This document shows, one piece after another, positions 6,464 to 16,800 of a stretch of DNA of 38,916 nucleotides. The position numbers and the translations under genes are program-made. This DNA comes from a virus. The notes under the pieces are model-generated. The model was not told the DNA's origin. It made no database searches and was given only the letters and a program-made list of their open reading frames with translations. Numbering within the stretch: the stretch's first letter is position 1; the number at the start of each line of letters is the position of its first letter. The DNA lies in the IMG/VR virus record IMGVR_UViG_3300045988_113856, one strand, 5' to 3'.

Positions 6464-7891
6464 GTGGCCATCATATTAACAGTTCAAGGTAAAGGCTCAA
6501 TTACAGATGGTGATGTGTTCATTTTTCCAGTAGACACAGCTATTACTGGGGACGATATCACCAATTTCATTAGTGCAAATGATGAACTAGCTCGCAGAAA
6601 ATATCTGCCTGCTAAAAAGATGTATCTTGGCAAGCACAAGATTCTTCATGAGGATGCCAAAGACCACGGGCCAGACAATCGTCTTGTCGGCAACTTGGCG
6701 CACTATATCGTGGATACCTACAACGGGTTTTACATTGGCATTCCACCGAAGATCACGCTCGACAACACACAGGACAACACTGTGCTGCAAGAGTGGAACG
6801 ATACGAACAGCGTTCAGGACAAATTAAGCGAAATCAGCAAGCAAGCAGCCATTTACGGACGGGCGCTTGCTTTTTTGTACCAAGACGAGAACAGCAATAC
6901 GTGTATTGCATACAGCTCGCCTATCAATTCATTCATTGTCTATGACGACACGGTAGCACACAAATCCATTGCGTTTGTCATGTATTGGCACGACGAAGAC
7001 AACAATCTAACTGGCAAGGTATATCTGAAAGACGGCGTATATTCCCTTGATATGGTTCGCTTTGAAGGAACGGCCGGATTCAATCCGTTTAACGAAGTAC
7101 CAGCAGTCGAGTTCTTCATGAATACCGAGCGTCAAGGCATCTTTGAGAACGTCGAGACGCTCATCAATGCCTTAGACAAGGTACTAAGTCAGAAGGCGAA
7201 CCAGAATGAATACTTTGACAATGCGTACTTGGTTCTAAAAGGCCTGAAACTCGATGAGGACGATGACGGCAACCCCAAACTCGACCTTAACGGCAACCAA
7301 ATCATCTATGCGCCAGACGCCGATTCTGCTCAAGGCGTAGCTGAGTTTCTTACCAAGCCTGATGGCGATGCCATTCAAGAGCACCTCATTGATCGTCTCA
7401 TCAGCATGATCTATCAGATCAGCATGGTTGCAAACTTGAACGATGAAGCGTTCAGCGGCAATAGCTCAGGCGTTGCATTACAGTACAAATTGCTACCAAT
7501 GAGGAACCTAGCGGCCAATCAAGATCGCAAGTTTACACAGTCACTCCGGTCACTTTACAAGATCGCGTTCAGTGTTGGAACAATCCTGCCAGAAAGTAAA
7601 TTTGATGACTGGAAAAAGCTTAACTTCGCATTCTCGCGAAATCTTCCGGATAACATTACCGACGAAGCAGACGCGGCTTCTAAACTCAAAGGCCTTGTAT
7701 CAGATCAGACTATGCTTAGCACCTTATCATTTGTCGATGATCCTAAGGCTGAAATGAAACGCATTGCTGATGAGACTGCCAAGAAAGCAAAAGATGCTGC
7801 TGCTAACAGTCCGTCAAGCCCGGACTTCCAGAAATTACTGAATGGTGGTGGCAATGATGACAACAACGACTCAACAACAGATAGCGAGTAA
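6464..7891 (+). CDS. Portal protein (SPP1 gp6-like)
   Basis: 475 aa immediately after terL, with an acidic/low-complexity C-terminus. The start is uncertain because GTG 6464 overlaps the SD AAGGAGG. Confidence 0.85.
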   Translation: MAIILTVQGKGSITDGDVFIFPVDTAITGDDITNFISANDELARRKYLPAKKMYLGKHKILHEDAKDHGPDNRLVGNLAHYIVDTYNGFYIGIPPKITLDNTQDNTVLQEWNDTNSVQDKLSEISKQAAIYGRALAFLYQDENSNTCIAYSSPINSFIVYDDTVAHKSIAFVMYWHDEDNNLTGKVYLKDGVYSLDMVRFEGTAGFNPFNEVPAVEFFMNTERQGIFENVETLINALDKVLSQKANQNEYFDNAYLVLKGLKLDEDDDGNPKLDLNGNQIIYAPDADSAQGVAEFLTKPDGDAIQEHLIDRLISMIYQISMVANLNDEAFSGNSSGVALQYKLLPMRNLAANQDRKFTQSLRSLYKIAFSVGTILPESKFDDWKKLNFAFSRNLPDNITDEADAASKLKGLVSDQTMLSTLSFVDDPKAEMKRIADETAKKAKDAAANSPSSPDFQKLLNGGGNDDNNDSTTDSE

Positions 7892-8849
7892 TTCTGCCTA
7901 CTGGAATAAGCGAACTGCCGCTGAACGTAAATGGATTGCCGAGAACCTTAAGAATGACGAGGCGTTCAATGCCCGAATTAAGGAATATTTTGACAAAGCT
8001 TTAAACAACATTCAAAAGGATATTGATTCAGAGTTTGCCAAGTATGCCGCATACAGCAACGACAGTATGGCCGGTGCGCGTCAAGCAGTGATGGCCACCG
8101 ATATTAAAGCATATCAAGCAGAAGCCAAGCGGATCGTCGATGATGCCAGAAAGATGTACAACGGCGAACCGCTCAAATATTCCGACTTCAGCAAGGATGT
8201 CAATGATCGTCTCAAGCTATACAACGCTACTATGCGCATTAATCGCTTAGAAATGCTCAAGAGTGAGATTGGTCAAGAAATGCTTGATGCACACATGAAA
8301 GTGAACGTCGATTTAATCTCAAAATTGAGTGATGATTATCAATCCGAGATCAAACGGCAAGCCGGAATACTTGGAGAGACGGTATCTAAGGGCGGCTACA
8401 CTAATTTAGCCAAGTTACTCTCCAAACGAGAGGGCGATTACACCTTCTCACAGCGCATCTGGATCAACCAAGACATTCTAAAGGCTGAACTGGATGAACT
8501 GCTGACATCCGCCACCATTCAAGGACAGAGTCCGCTAAAGATTGCTCGCAAGTTACGCGGTCAAGTGGCAGAAACGGTGAACAATCACCGCTATGTGACA
8601 GAACGAATTGTACGTACTGAGTCAGCTCGAATTCAAACACAGGCGCAATTAGATAGTTTCCACAAATTTGACTATCAGTACTGCAAATGGGTGGCTGAGC
8701 CAAGCGCGTGTGATGTGTGCAAGGAGATTTCAGAAGGTGGCAGAACTGGTGAAGGCATATACAGGGTTGATGATGTGCCGGATATTCCCGTCCACCCAAA
8801 TTGCCGATGCTCCATTGCGGCTTATGCACCGAGTGATGAAGCTGAATAA
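7842..8849 (+). CDS. Minor head protein (SPP1 gp7 / Mu F-like head morphogenesis protein)
   Basis: Position after the portal and C-terminal motif VHPNCRCS. The start may instead be ATG 7854. Confidence 0.8.
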   Translation: MVVAMMTTTTQQQIASNSAYWNKRTAAERKWIAENLKNDEAFNARIKEYFDKALNNIQKDIDSEFAKYAAYSNDSMAGARQAVMATDIKAYQAEAKRIVDDARKMYNGEPLKYSDFSKDVNDRLKLYNATMRINRLEMLKSEIGQEMLDAHMKVNVDLISKLSDDYQSEIKRQAGILGETVSKGGYTNLAKLLSKREGDYTFSQRIWINQDILKAELDELLTSATIQGQSPLKIARKLRGQVAETVNNHRYVTERIVRTESARIQTQAQLDSFHKFDYQYCKWVAEPSACDVCKEISEGGRTGEGIYRVDDVPDIPVHPNCRCSIAAYAPSDEAE

Positions 8850-8855
8850 TTTCTA

Positions 8856-8879
8856 AGCCGCAGCTAGCGGCTATTTTTA
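8856..8879 (+). terminator. Intrinsic terminator after the gp7-like gene
   Basis: agccgc/gcggct stem, loop agcta, then ATTTTTAT. Confidence 0.65.
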
Positions 8880-8973
8880 TGCCATCAAGTCCAAGCGTGA
8901 TCGACTATAAAAGCTCCGGTAAATTAAGACGCAAGCCTGATCCGTCTAAAAAGCTGTGGAAGGAGTTCTTAAC

Positions 8974-9630
8974 ATGATTCCCAAGATTTTAATGCCTATG
9001 AATTTGCAATTTTTCGCTGAAGATAACCCTCAAGGCGATCCGAAAGATCCAGTCGATCCGCCTAAGCCAAAAGATGGTGATCCGGTAGATCCACCTGAAG
9101 GTAAGAAGCAAGGAGAACCGGCTGACCCTGATCCTGATGGTAAGCACGTCTACACCGATGAACAGGTCAATGAAATCGTCAAGAAGCGTCTTGCTCGTGC
9201 CGAGAAGGAGAAGCAAGCTGCTGTTGACGAGGCTGCAAAGCTGGCCAAGATGAATGCCGACCAGAAGAAGGATTATGAGCTTCAAAAGGCTCAAAAAGAA
9301 CGAGACGAACTCAAGTCACAGCTTGCCACCTATGAGATGGGAAAACAAGCTCGATCAATGTTCGAAGATGCCAAGCTGTCGGTCACAGAGGACGATTTGA
9401 AGCATGTTGTAACGCCTGAGGCAGAATCAACCGAGACCAATGTTAAGTGGCTCATTGCGCACGACCAAGCCGTAGCAGAGCGCGTCCGTCAAGAACTGCT
9501 GAAAGGCAGTACACCATTGGACCCGTCCTCCAACCGCAAGACGAAGAGCCTCAAGGATATGACTTTGGTAGAGCGCAGCGAATTGCAACGAAAAGACCCA
9601 GAGATGTACAACAAATTACTAACAAAATGA
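8974..9630 (+). CDS. Capsid scaffolding protein (DUF4355-like)
   Basis: MNLQFFAE motif, Pro/Asp-rich linker, coiled-coil remainder. RBS GGAAGGAG lies 8 nt before ATG 8974. Confidence 0.85.
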   Translation: MIPKILMPMNLQFFAEDNPQGDPKDPVDPPKPKDGDPVDPPEGKKQGEPADPDPDGKHVYTDEQVNEIVKKRLARAEKEKQAAVDEAAKLAKMNADQKKDYELQKAQKERDELKSQLATYEMGKQARSMFEDAKLSVTEDDLKHVVTPEAESTETNVKWLIAHDQAVAERVRQELLKGSTPLDPSSNRKTKSLKDMTLVERSELQRKDPEMYNKLLTK

Positions 9631-9645
9631 AAGAGGTAAATAAAT

Positions 9646-10659
9646 ATGCCAGAATTTAGTGGTGCAACAGCCAAATTGAATTTGGTCGAACCTAAAGTAT
9701 TCGCGGATTATGTCTTGGAACAGCAAACTGCTACTAACCGTCTGCTTTCCAGCGGAATTCTCACTACCGACCCAATCATTCAAGCACAATTGCTCAAGGG
9801 CGGTACTTATGTAACTATTCCTACCCTGCACAGTCTGAGCGGGGAAGCTCAGACGTGGAACGACACTAGCGACATTACTGTCGGAAATGTTGACAGCTAC
9901 AGTGCCATTGCTCCACAGATGTACCAAGCCAAAGCGTTTGGTTACACAGACTTTGGTCAACTTTCCACCGGTGCTCCGGTTGCTGAACAGATCGCGGGGC
10001 AATTCGCATCCTTCTGGAACATCCAAGACAACAAGCTTCTGATCGCGGTATTGAAGAACGCGTTCCTCAATGCAGATTTGCAAGCGGTTAAGTCGTACGG
10101 TATGGGCACACCTGCTACGTTATCTGCTGGTGATTTCATTGCCGCATTGTCACGTATGGGTGACGTTGCCAGCCCTCAACTAACTAAGATTGTGCTTAAT
10201 TCTGCCGCTGTTGGTGCAATGCGCGATCAAAACTTGATTGACACTATTCAGCCATCTAATGGTGGTACGCCAATCAGCTACTACAACGGCATTGAGATCG
10301 TTGAAGACGATGCACTGCCAGTTGCAGCAGATGGTACCACGGACGCATTCATCATTGCTAACGGTGCTGTTTCTTATGGCTTGGCTAATCCAGAAAACAG
10401 CTATGAGGTCAAGCGTGACAGCCTTGGCAATGGTGGCCAAACTGCTGTTATCAACCGTCGCACGCTTGCAATGCAAGTTGCTGGTACGTCATTCACTGAC
10501 GTTACTAAAGTTGCTGGCCTTGGTTACAGCGCAATCAACGCTTCGGAAACATCTATGTACGATTTGGTTGGTGACCCTCGCAACATTGGCGTCGTTGACT
10601 ATCGCTTCAAGATTGATCCTAAGTTCGTCGTTGCTGGAATTAACGCCCCAAAAGCGTAG
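9646..10659 (+). CDS. Major capsid protein
   Basis: 337 aa directly after the scaffold gene, strong RBS, and codon usage typical of a highly expressed gene. Confidence 0.9.
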   Translation: MPEFSGATAKLNLVEPKVFADYVLEQQTATNRLLSSGILTTDPIIQAQLLKGGTYVTIPTLHSLSGEAQTWNDTSDITVGNVDSYSAIAPQMYQAKAFGYTDFGQLSTGAPVAEQIAGQFASFWNIQDNKLLIAVLKNAFLNADLQAVKSYGMGTPATLSAGDFIAALSRMGDVASPQLTKIVLNSAAVGAMRDQNLIDTIQPSNGGTPISYYNGIEIVEDDALPVAADGTTDAFIIANGAVSYGLANPENSYEVKRDSLGNGGQTAVINRRTLAMQVAGTSFTDVTKVAGLGYSAINASETSMYDLVGDPRNIGVVDYRFKIDPKFVVAGINAPKA

Positions 10660-10682
10660 CGCCGTCTGGAAATGACGACGGC
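10647..10682 (+). promoter_or_regulatory. -1 programmed ribosomal frameshift signal: C CCA AAA heptamer + stem-loop
   Basis: The heptamer is in the correct X XXY YYZ phase relative to the capsid frame (gcC CCA AAA gcg TAG). The gccgtc/gacggc stem (10661-10666 / 10677-10682) starts 7 nt downstream. Confidence 0.65.
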
Positions 10683-10826
10683 TTCGACCCTAGCGGAGAT
10701 GTAAAACCAACGAGTGCACAAACCGTTGATGAAATCAAAGCATGGCTGGATGCTCACAGCATTGATTATACCGGGAAGACCTTGAAGGCAGACTTGCTTG
10801 CGCTTGTCCCTTCAGACTAGCTTGAA
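10653..10826 (+). CDS. -1 frame C-terminal extension of the major capsid protein (57 aa, HeH/SAP-like motif)
   Basis: The -1 frame is open from 10644 to TGA 10824-10826 and has no in-frame ATG/GTG/TTG start. It encodes ...TVDEIKAWLDAHSIDYTGKTLKADLL... Confidence 0.55.
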
Positions 10827-10886
10827 CACCGTCGCTTATGAAAATCACAGTGCTGCGAAAGCAGGGCGGCGGAAAGGAGGCATGAC

Positions 10887-11261
10887 ATGGATAATGCTAA
10901 TCCGGTAACACTTGCGGATTTGAAGACGATGATGGAAATCAAAACTGACACACAGGATGATGTGCTCAATCTCATCATTACCAACACCACCAAAGCTCTC
11001 CGGTTTAAGCTCGGTTTAAAGCCCACAGAAGCCTTCCCAGAGGAGCTTTCATATATTGCCCTAGAAGTATGCGTCAGACGCTACAACAGGCGTAAGAACG
11101 AAGGAATGACGTCATACGAGCAAGAAGGACAGTCGTTCACGTTTAAGTCTAATGACTTCGATGATTTTGCTGACGACATCAATGACTGGAAAGAAGCCAA
11201 CGGGAAGAATGCTAAGTCTCTTGGCACCGTCAGCTTCATTCCCGGCTATCCAAAGAGGTGA
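10887..11261 (+). CDS. Head-tail connector protein (gp6-like)
   Basis: 124 aa, N-terminus ..VTLADLKTMMEIKTDTQDDVLNLIITN.., RBS GGAAAGGAGG. Confidence 0.75.
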   Translation: MDNANPVTLADLKTMMEIKTDTQDDVLNLIITNTTKALRFKLGLKPTEAFPEELSYIALEVCVRRYNRRKNEGMTSYEQEGQSFTFKSNDFDDFADDINDWKEANGKNAKSLGTVSFIPGYPKR

Positions 11262-11265
11262 TCAT

Positions 11266-11568
11266 ATGCGGTTAGATCATGAGGTTACATTCTGGCTTGA
11301 TGATGAAGAATATGATCCGCAAACACATCAATACGGTGATGTGAAAAAGGTTGCCACCGCTGTTGCCAGCGTCACCGACATGGGAACCGACAAGAGCGCT
11401 CAACTATTCGGAAACTATGCTCAAAAGGCAAAGGTGATCCGATTAGTTGAGCCAGTCACCGTCAATTGGAGCTATTTAACAATTGATGATGAATCGACTC
11501 ATTATGCCCTCAATACCGCCCGCGCTCCGCTTCAAAACGCTACTTTGATTGTGGGTGAGACGAAATGA
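11266..11568 (+). CDS. Head closure / head-tail adaptor protein
   Basis: 100 aa, RBS AAAGAGGTG before ATG 11266. The longer 11152 form overlaps the upstream gene. Confidence 0.65.
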   Translation: MRLDHEVTFWLDDEEYDPQTHQYGDVKKVATAVASVTDMGTDKSAQLFGNYAQKAKVIRLVEPVTVNWSYLTIDDESTHYALNTARAPLQNATLIVGETK

Positions 11569-11930
11569 GCAAAGCCAGCATCAGCTATAACATGCAGATA
11601 AAAGGCATGGACAAACTGGTCGCTGGCCTGCTGAAGCGAGCGAAGATGGACGTTGTCAAGCAAATCGTCAAACAGCAGACAGCACAGTTGCAAACTCGTG
11701 CTCAGCAAATGACCGGCGCCGTGTATGCTCATCCTACTGGTGCTACAAAGCGTGGCATCAAGTTATCGCTTGAAGATGGCGGTCTAACGGGCATAGTTGG
11801 CATGTCAATGGAATACAACCCATACACCGAAAATGGAACTCGATTCATGCGGGCACGTCCAGTTCTGAAGCCTGCGTTCCTTTATCAGAAAGTTCAGTTT
11901 ATTAATCAGCTTAAACAAGCAGCAAAGTAG
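11565..11930 (+). CDS. HK97 gp10-like tail component
   Basis: 121 aa, ATGA overlap with the upstream gene, pattern ..TGATKRGIKL....YNPYTENGT..ARP. Confidence 0.7.
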   Translation: MSKASISYNMQIKGMDKLVAGLLKRAKMDVVKQIVKQQTAQLQTRAQQMTGAVYAHPTGATKRGIKLSLEDGGLTGIVGMSMEYNPYTENGTRFMRARPVLKPAFLYQKVQFINQLKQAAK

Positions 11931-12335
11931 GTGATTCAAATCACATCACCAGAGCAAGAACTATACGATTACTTCTATGCGTTTTCTCAGTCGGCCGGTT
12001 ACAAGACTTACGACCATTTGCCCATGCAGCAGGAGAACGCCCCATATCCATTCGTCATTGTTGGGGATATTCAAGTTGTTCCTACTGCAACAAAGACGTC
12101 ACTCAATGGCAATGTGCTAATCACCATCGACATCTGGGGCGACAAAAAACAGCGTTTCACCGTATCTGATATGGCGGAGCGCTTTTTTCGTGCCGCGATT
12201 GGGCAAGTGCTAACAGATGATTACCGATTTTATGGACGTGTAGAAGATCAGTCAAAAGAGTTCACACAAGACCAGAGTGTCCCTGACACGGTTCTCAACC
12301 GAGCCACGCTGATACTCAATCTCAACATTTTATAG
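11931..12335 (+). CDS. Tail completion / tail terminator protein
   Basis: 134 aa, GTG start abutting the upstream stop, positioned before the major tail gene. Confidence 0.6.
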   Translation: MIQITSPEQELYDYFYAFSQSAGYKTYDHLPMQQENAPYPFVIVGDIQVVPTATKTSLNGNVLITIDIWGDKKQRFTVSDMAERFFRAAIGQVLTDDYRFYGRVEDQSKEFTQDQSVPDTVLNRATLILNLNIL

Positions 12336-12346
12336 GAGGCCATAAT

Positions 12347-12949
12347 ATGGCAAATGAATTAAAAGTGCTAGAAGGCATGGACGTTGTTGCCTTGGCTCGC
12401 AAACATAGCGATCAAGCAACGGTTAGCGGCCAAATTATCCCTTGGCAGACTTCGCTGTCCTTTGACCCGTCTGTTGACAGTGATTCCACTGTTACCAAGG
12501 ACGGCAATGTAGCAACAAGAAGCTCGGCAAGTACCGATCTTGAAGTCGAGTTCCTGAACAACACAGCCGCAATTGCAGACGTAATGTACGACTCGTTGTT
12601 TGACGGTGAATTGCTCGACTTTTGGATTCTCTACCGCAAACGCAAGAACGCTGAAGGTAAGTATCTTGCATGGTATATGCAGGTAACGGTGCAAGAAGAT
12701 AGCAGCGACAATGATCCTGATGATCACTCTACTCGCGATGTCACATTCTCAGTTAATGGCACGCCTAAACGCGGATGGACAACGCTAGACAACGCAACTC
12801 AGGAACAGGTTGATTACGTATTCCTTGGGGTTGGCAAGGTCACTGAAACCGATGCTACCGGTGGTGGCACTGTTTGGGACAAGGCTGTTGATCCGGGTAC
12901 TAATACCGCTGGCACTGAACCAGCTGGCGGAACTGGTACTGGAGCATAA
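12347..12949 (+). CDS. Major tail protein
   Basis: 200 aa, RBS TAGGAGG, positioned before the chaperone pair, Gly/Thr-rich C-terminus. Confidence 0.8.
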   Translation: MANELKVLEGMDVVALARKHSDQATVSGQIIPWQTSLSFDPSVDSDSTVTKDGNVATRSSASTDLEVEFLNNTAAIADVMYDSLFDGELLDFWILYRKRKNAEGKYLAWYMQVTVQEDSSDNDPDDHSTRDVTFSVNGTPKRGWTTLDNATQEQVDYVFLGVGKVTETDATGGGTVWDKAVDPGTNTAGTEPAGGTGTGA

Positions 12950-13035
12950 CAGCATAAGAGACTTGTCATCAGTCGCCTAAGAAAGTCATAGTACGGGTGA
13001 AACCCGGGCGGCTTTAAAAGAGAGGATTTTAAATC

Positions 13036-13368
13036 ATGCAATTAACCATTAACGGTAAAGAATACGAGCTCAACTTTGGCGTCCGCTTTGTTCGCGAAAT
13101 GGATAAGAATATGGGTGCCGTCATGCACGGCATTAACTTTGGCATGGGTGTTGCAAAGGCTCTAGCTGGTCTAAGCGCATACGATGCTGCTGTTTTAGCA
13201 GACACCATTTATTCAGCCACCGTGGCATCTAAGAAACGTCCGTCAGCCAGTGAAGTCGATGACTTTATTGACAGCAATTCAGACTTAGATTCGCTATTTA
13301 AGCAAGTTTCAGACGAAATGAACAGTGCTAACGCAGTAAAAGCAGTAGCAAAAAACATGAAGGCCTAG
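13036..13368 (+). CDS. Tail assembly chaperone (gpG-like)
   Basis: 110 aa directly upstream of the tape measure gene. Contains the slippery site A AAA AAC near its 3' end. Confidence 0.8.
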   Translation: MQLTINGKEYELNFGVRFVREMDKNMGAVMHGINFGMGVAKALAGLSAYDAAVLADTIYSATVASKKRPSASEVDDFIDSNSDLDSLFKQVSDEMNSANAVKAVAKNMKA

Positions 13369-13826
13369 ATGAGGACGAAAGCGTTCAAAAGAGTAGTGAA
13401 GAAACGTATCACGAAATTTTGTTAAACGCATTTGCCTATCTAGGCTTTTCTAATATTCGAGACATTGAACGTATGACACTTGTTGAGTATGAGCTGCGTA
13501 TGGAAGCCTATCAGCTGAAGCAAGTCGACAGACAGAACGAAATTGCACAGCAAGCATGGATGAACCAGCAAGTGCAGGCAACCACCGGTAGCAAGAATCC
13601 TAAGCCTAAGTTCAAGACATTTGATGATTTCTTTGATAAGAAAGCGGCTATTGATAGCGTGCGATCAAATTATGAGCCCAATTATGAAGTATCACAGATG
13701 AGCAAAACCGAGCTCAAACAAAAGAGAGCACAAGTGTTCGCAAAACGGATGGCCGAATTTCAGCGGTTGAAGCGCGAAGGCAAAATCATTCCGTTATCTG
13801 AAAGAAAGGAGGGAGCACATGGCTGA
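13350..13826 (+). CDS. Tail assembly chaperone -1 frameshift extension (gpGT-like)
   Basis: gcA AAA AAC (13350-13356) is in phase. The -1 frame is open from 13332 to 13826. The only start offered is a TTG at 13419 with no RBS. Confidence 0.7.
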   Translation, partial: KKHEGLDEDESVQKSSEETYHEILLNAFAYLGFSNIRDIERMTLVEYELRMEAYQLKQVDRQNEIAQQAWMNQQVQATTGSKNPKPKFKTFDDFFDKKAAIDSVRSNYEPNYEVSQMSKTELKQKRAQVFAKRMAEFQRLKREGKIIPLSERKEGAHG

Positions 13827-16800
13827 CAGTTTTAGCGTTGAAGCAATTTTATCTGCCGTTGACCGAAATTTTTCGGGTACTTTCAAGAACATCGCGAATT
13901 CTGCGTCAAAGGTCGGTGATAGCTTTGAAAAGTCAACAAAACCAGCGGGTAATTTTGTATCAACCGTGAGCAAAATTGCTGGAGCCATAGGCCTTACCAA
14001 AGTGGTAGGGGCTATTGGCGATGGTGTGAGAAGTATGGTAGGAGAACTAGACGAATCAAGCAAAGCTTGGCAGACGTTTGAGGGGAACATGAAGTTTCTG
14101 GGTAAGGCGCCTGCACAGATTTCGTCAATTGAAAAGTCACTGCAATCATATGCTCAGGAGACTATTTATAGCTCGTCTGATATGGCCTCTGCCTATGCGC
14201 AGTTTGCATCAGTAGGTGTAAAAGGAGTAGGTAGTCTTGTCAAAGGAATGGGTGGCTTAGCTGCTGCCACTGATGATCCAAAGCAAGCCATGAAGACGTT
14301 GATGGAACAAGGTACACAAATGGCCGCTAAGCCGATGGTACAGTGGGCTGACTTCCGCCTAATGCTTGAACAGACTCCAGCAGGCATGGCGGCTGTGGCG
14401 AAAGCAATGGGCATGAGTACCAAAGAACTGGTTCAGAATGTTCAAAACGGCAAAATAAGCACACAACAGTTCTTTGATGGTATCGAAAAGGCAGGCAACA
14501 GCAAGGCTTTCCAGAAGATGGCCACGAGTTACAAGACAGTCGGCGAGGCAATGGACGGCCTTCAGGAAACACTGGCAAACAAGCTTCAGCCTGCTTGGCA
14601 AGCAATATCTAAAGTCGCTGTCGGAGCTATTAGCGGAATCATTGATAAAATTGGCGCCATTAATTTTGATTCTGTTATAGCATCAATCGGCAACTTTTTT
14701 TCTCCGTTTTCGGCATTGATTTTGAACATCAAGACACAACTAAGCAGCTTGGGGAAGGGCGACTCGATGAGCGGGCTCAGTTCCGTTCTCCAAGGAGTCG
14801 GGTCCGTTTTACAAACCATTTGGAGCCTAGTTGGTAGCTTAGTCAATGTTGCATTTGTCAATCTGATTGGTATTGCTCAAAAAGTGGGTGATGCGTTTAA
14901 TTCGGTGTTCGGTGGTGGGCAGCTTTCGGGAGTTTTCGATGGTATCAAGCAAGCCGTCACTGACTTTGGCTATGCAGCCATGGGAGCCATCACAACTGTT
15001 AGTGATATTATTGCTAACTTACCGTGGAAAGCAATTTTTGAAGGTGTTAAGGCGTCTTTAACTGGTGTTGTTAACGTGCTGAAGCCAATTGCGGCACTCG
15101 TCAAGGCGGCATTTGCAAACGACATCGTTAAATCATTTGCTGCGGCGATCCTTGGAGCTGTCGGGGCCTTCAAAGTAATTGGATTAGCCATCGGCGGATT
15201 TTCTAGCGTTCTCGGTGTTTTTTCCAAAATGATTGGCCCTATTAGAGGCGTTATATCCGTTATCACTAACTTCGGGACTATCGTAAAAACGGCTGGTGGT
15301 GTATGGAAAGCGTTTGGATTGATCTTAGGCATGAATCCGTGGGTACTTTTGATTGCTGGGATTGCAGCAGTGGTTGCTGGTCTGGTGTATTTTTTCACTC
15401 AAACAAAAACTGGTCAAAAACTTTGGTCGGGATTTGTTTCGTGGTTACAAGGAGCTTGGCAAGGACTTGTAGGAGTTGCGCAAACTGTTTGGAATGCTAT
15501 ATCGGGTGCGTTTACATCTGCAATTAGCGGCATTCAGACAGCTTGGAGTGGCATTACTAGTTTCTTCAGCAATCTATGGACTGGGATTACGACCACGGCA
15601 TCAGCTGCTTGGACGGCATTCACAACCACTCTCTCAGCTATCTGGCAAGGTTCTGTTACCGCAGCAACGGCAGTTTGGAACGCGCTATCCACATTCTTCA
15701 CGACTCTTTGGAATGGAATAGTTGCAGTAGCCACTGCTGTATGGTCAACCTTTGGCGGTTCTCTGACGACAATTTGGAATGGGATTGTCCAAGTTGCTAC
15801 CGGTGTTTGGAACATGCTTAAAGCAGTTATTATGGGCCCCATTCTTATCGTCATTGATTTGCTTACTGGAAATTGGACACAGCTAGGCGCTGACCTCCAG
15901 CTGATCTGGAACAGCATTGTTTCCGCCGCTGGACAGATTTGGAATGGTCTTGTTACGTATTTCTCCGGTATTTGGAGCCTTATTCAAACTTATGCAATGA
16001 CTGTTTGGAATACTTTGGTTTCAGCTTTAGAGGGGCTTTGGAATGGCGCAGTATCTGCCGCTTCCGCTATTTGGAGTGCGCTTTCGTCATTTTTCAGCGG
16101 ATTATGGAGCGGTATTGTGTCTACCACTGAGGGCGTATGGAACAGTGTTGTTTCATTCTTATCAGGACTATGGAGCGGAACAGTCAGCACAGCCGAGGGA
16201 ATTTGGAACGCACTTCCCGGATTCTTTTCCGGATTGTGGAACAGCATTACATCATTTTTTTCATCAGCTTGGAGCAATATAAAGTCTATTGTGATTGGAG
16301 CTGCTACTAGTATTTTTAATGGTGCAAAGGCTGTATGGTCTGGTTTTACTGGCATGGTAAATGGTGTGGTTAGCGGTATCAAAGGAGCCTTCGATGCGCT
16401 TAGACACATTGATTTAATGGCTGCCGGTAAAGCAATCATGGACAGTTTCTTAAAGGGGCTTAAGAAAGTCTGGGAAGGCATCAAGAAGTTTGTTGGCGGA
16501 ATAGCTTCTTGGATTCGCAAGCATAAAGGCCCAATCAGCTACGATGCCAAGCTGCTCATACCTGCTGGTAACGCCATCATGAACGGCTTAAATGCAGGGC
16601 TTACTGACAAGTTCTCAAATGTCCAAAAGAACGTTTCGAGCATGGCACAAGCTATTGCTGACAGTGCTGCTGTTACGATGCCGGAAGTGAATACTTCTCC
16701 CTTTGATACATCATTGCAGTCGCTTAATAACAGCGTCCAGGGTACGGCCTTGTCTTCAAATCTTGATGTCAACTACACTCGCAAGCAAACGATTGAGGTT

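Noticed and set aside
6464-6475. Exact start codon of the portal gene
   Set aside because: GTG 6464 overlaps the SD AAGGAGG itself. The correctly spaced codons are ATC/ATA, and the next canonical start is far downstream. The start is left at 6464 as unresolved rather than claiming a non-canonical initiation.
10238-10675. 145-aa alternative-frame ORF inside the capsid gene
   Set aside because: It is in the +1 frame of a strongly supported CDS, has no RBS and has a Leu/Ser/Thr-rich junk composition. It is not the frame used by the frameshift extension.
12900-13035. Second -1 frameshift at the end of the major tail gene, as reported for phage A2
   Set aside because: There is no slippery heptamer in phase near the stop, and both alternative frames close within about a dozen codons.
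13794-16772. Many 60-176-aa ORFs on both strands inside the tape measure gene
   Set aside because: They are alternative-frame or antisense products of a repetitive, compositionally biased gene. They have no RBSs and overlap a clearly real 1029-aa CDS.
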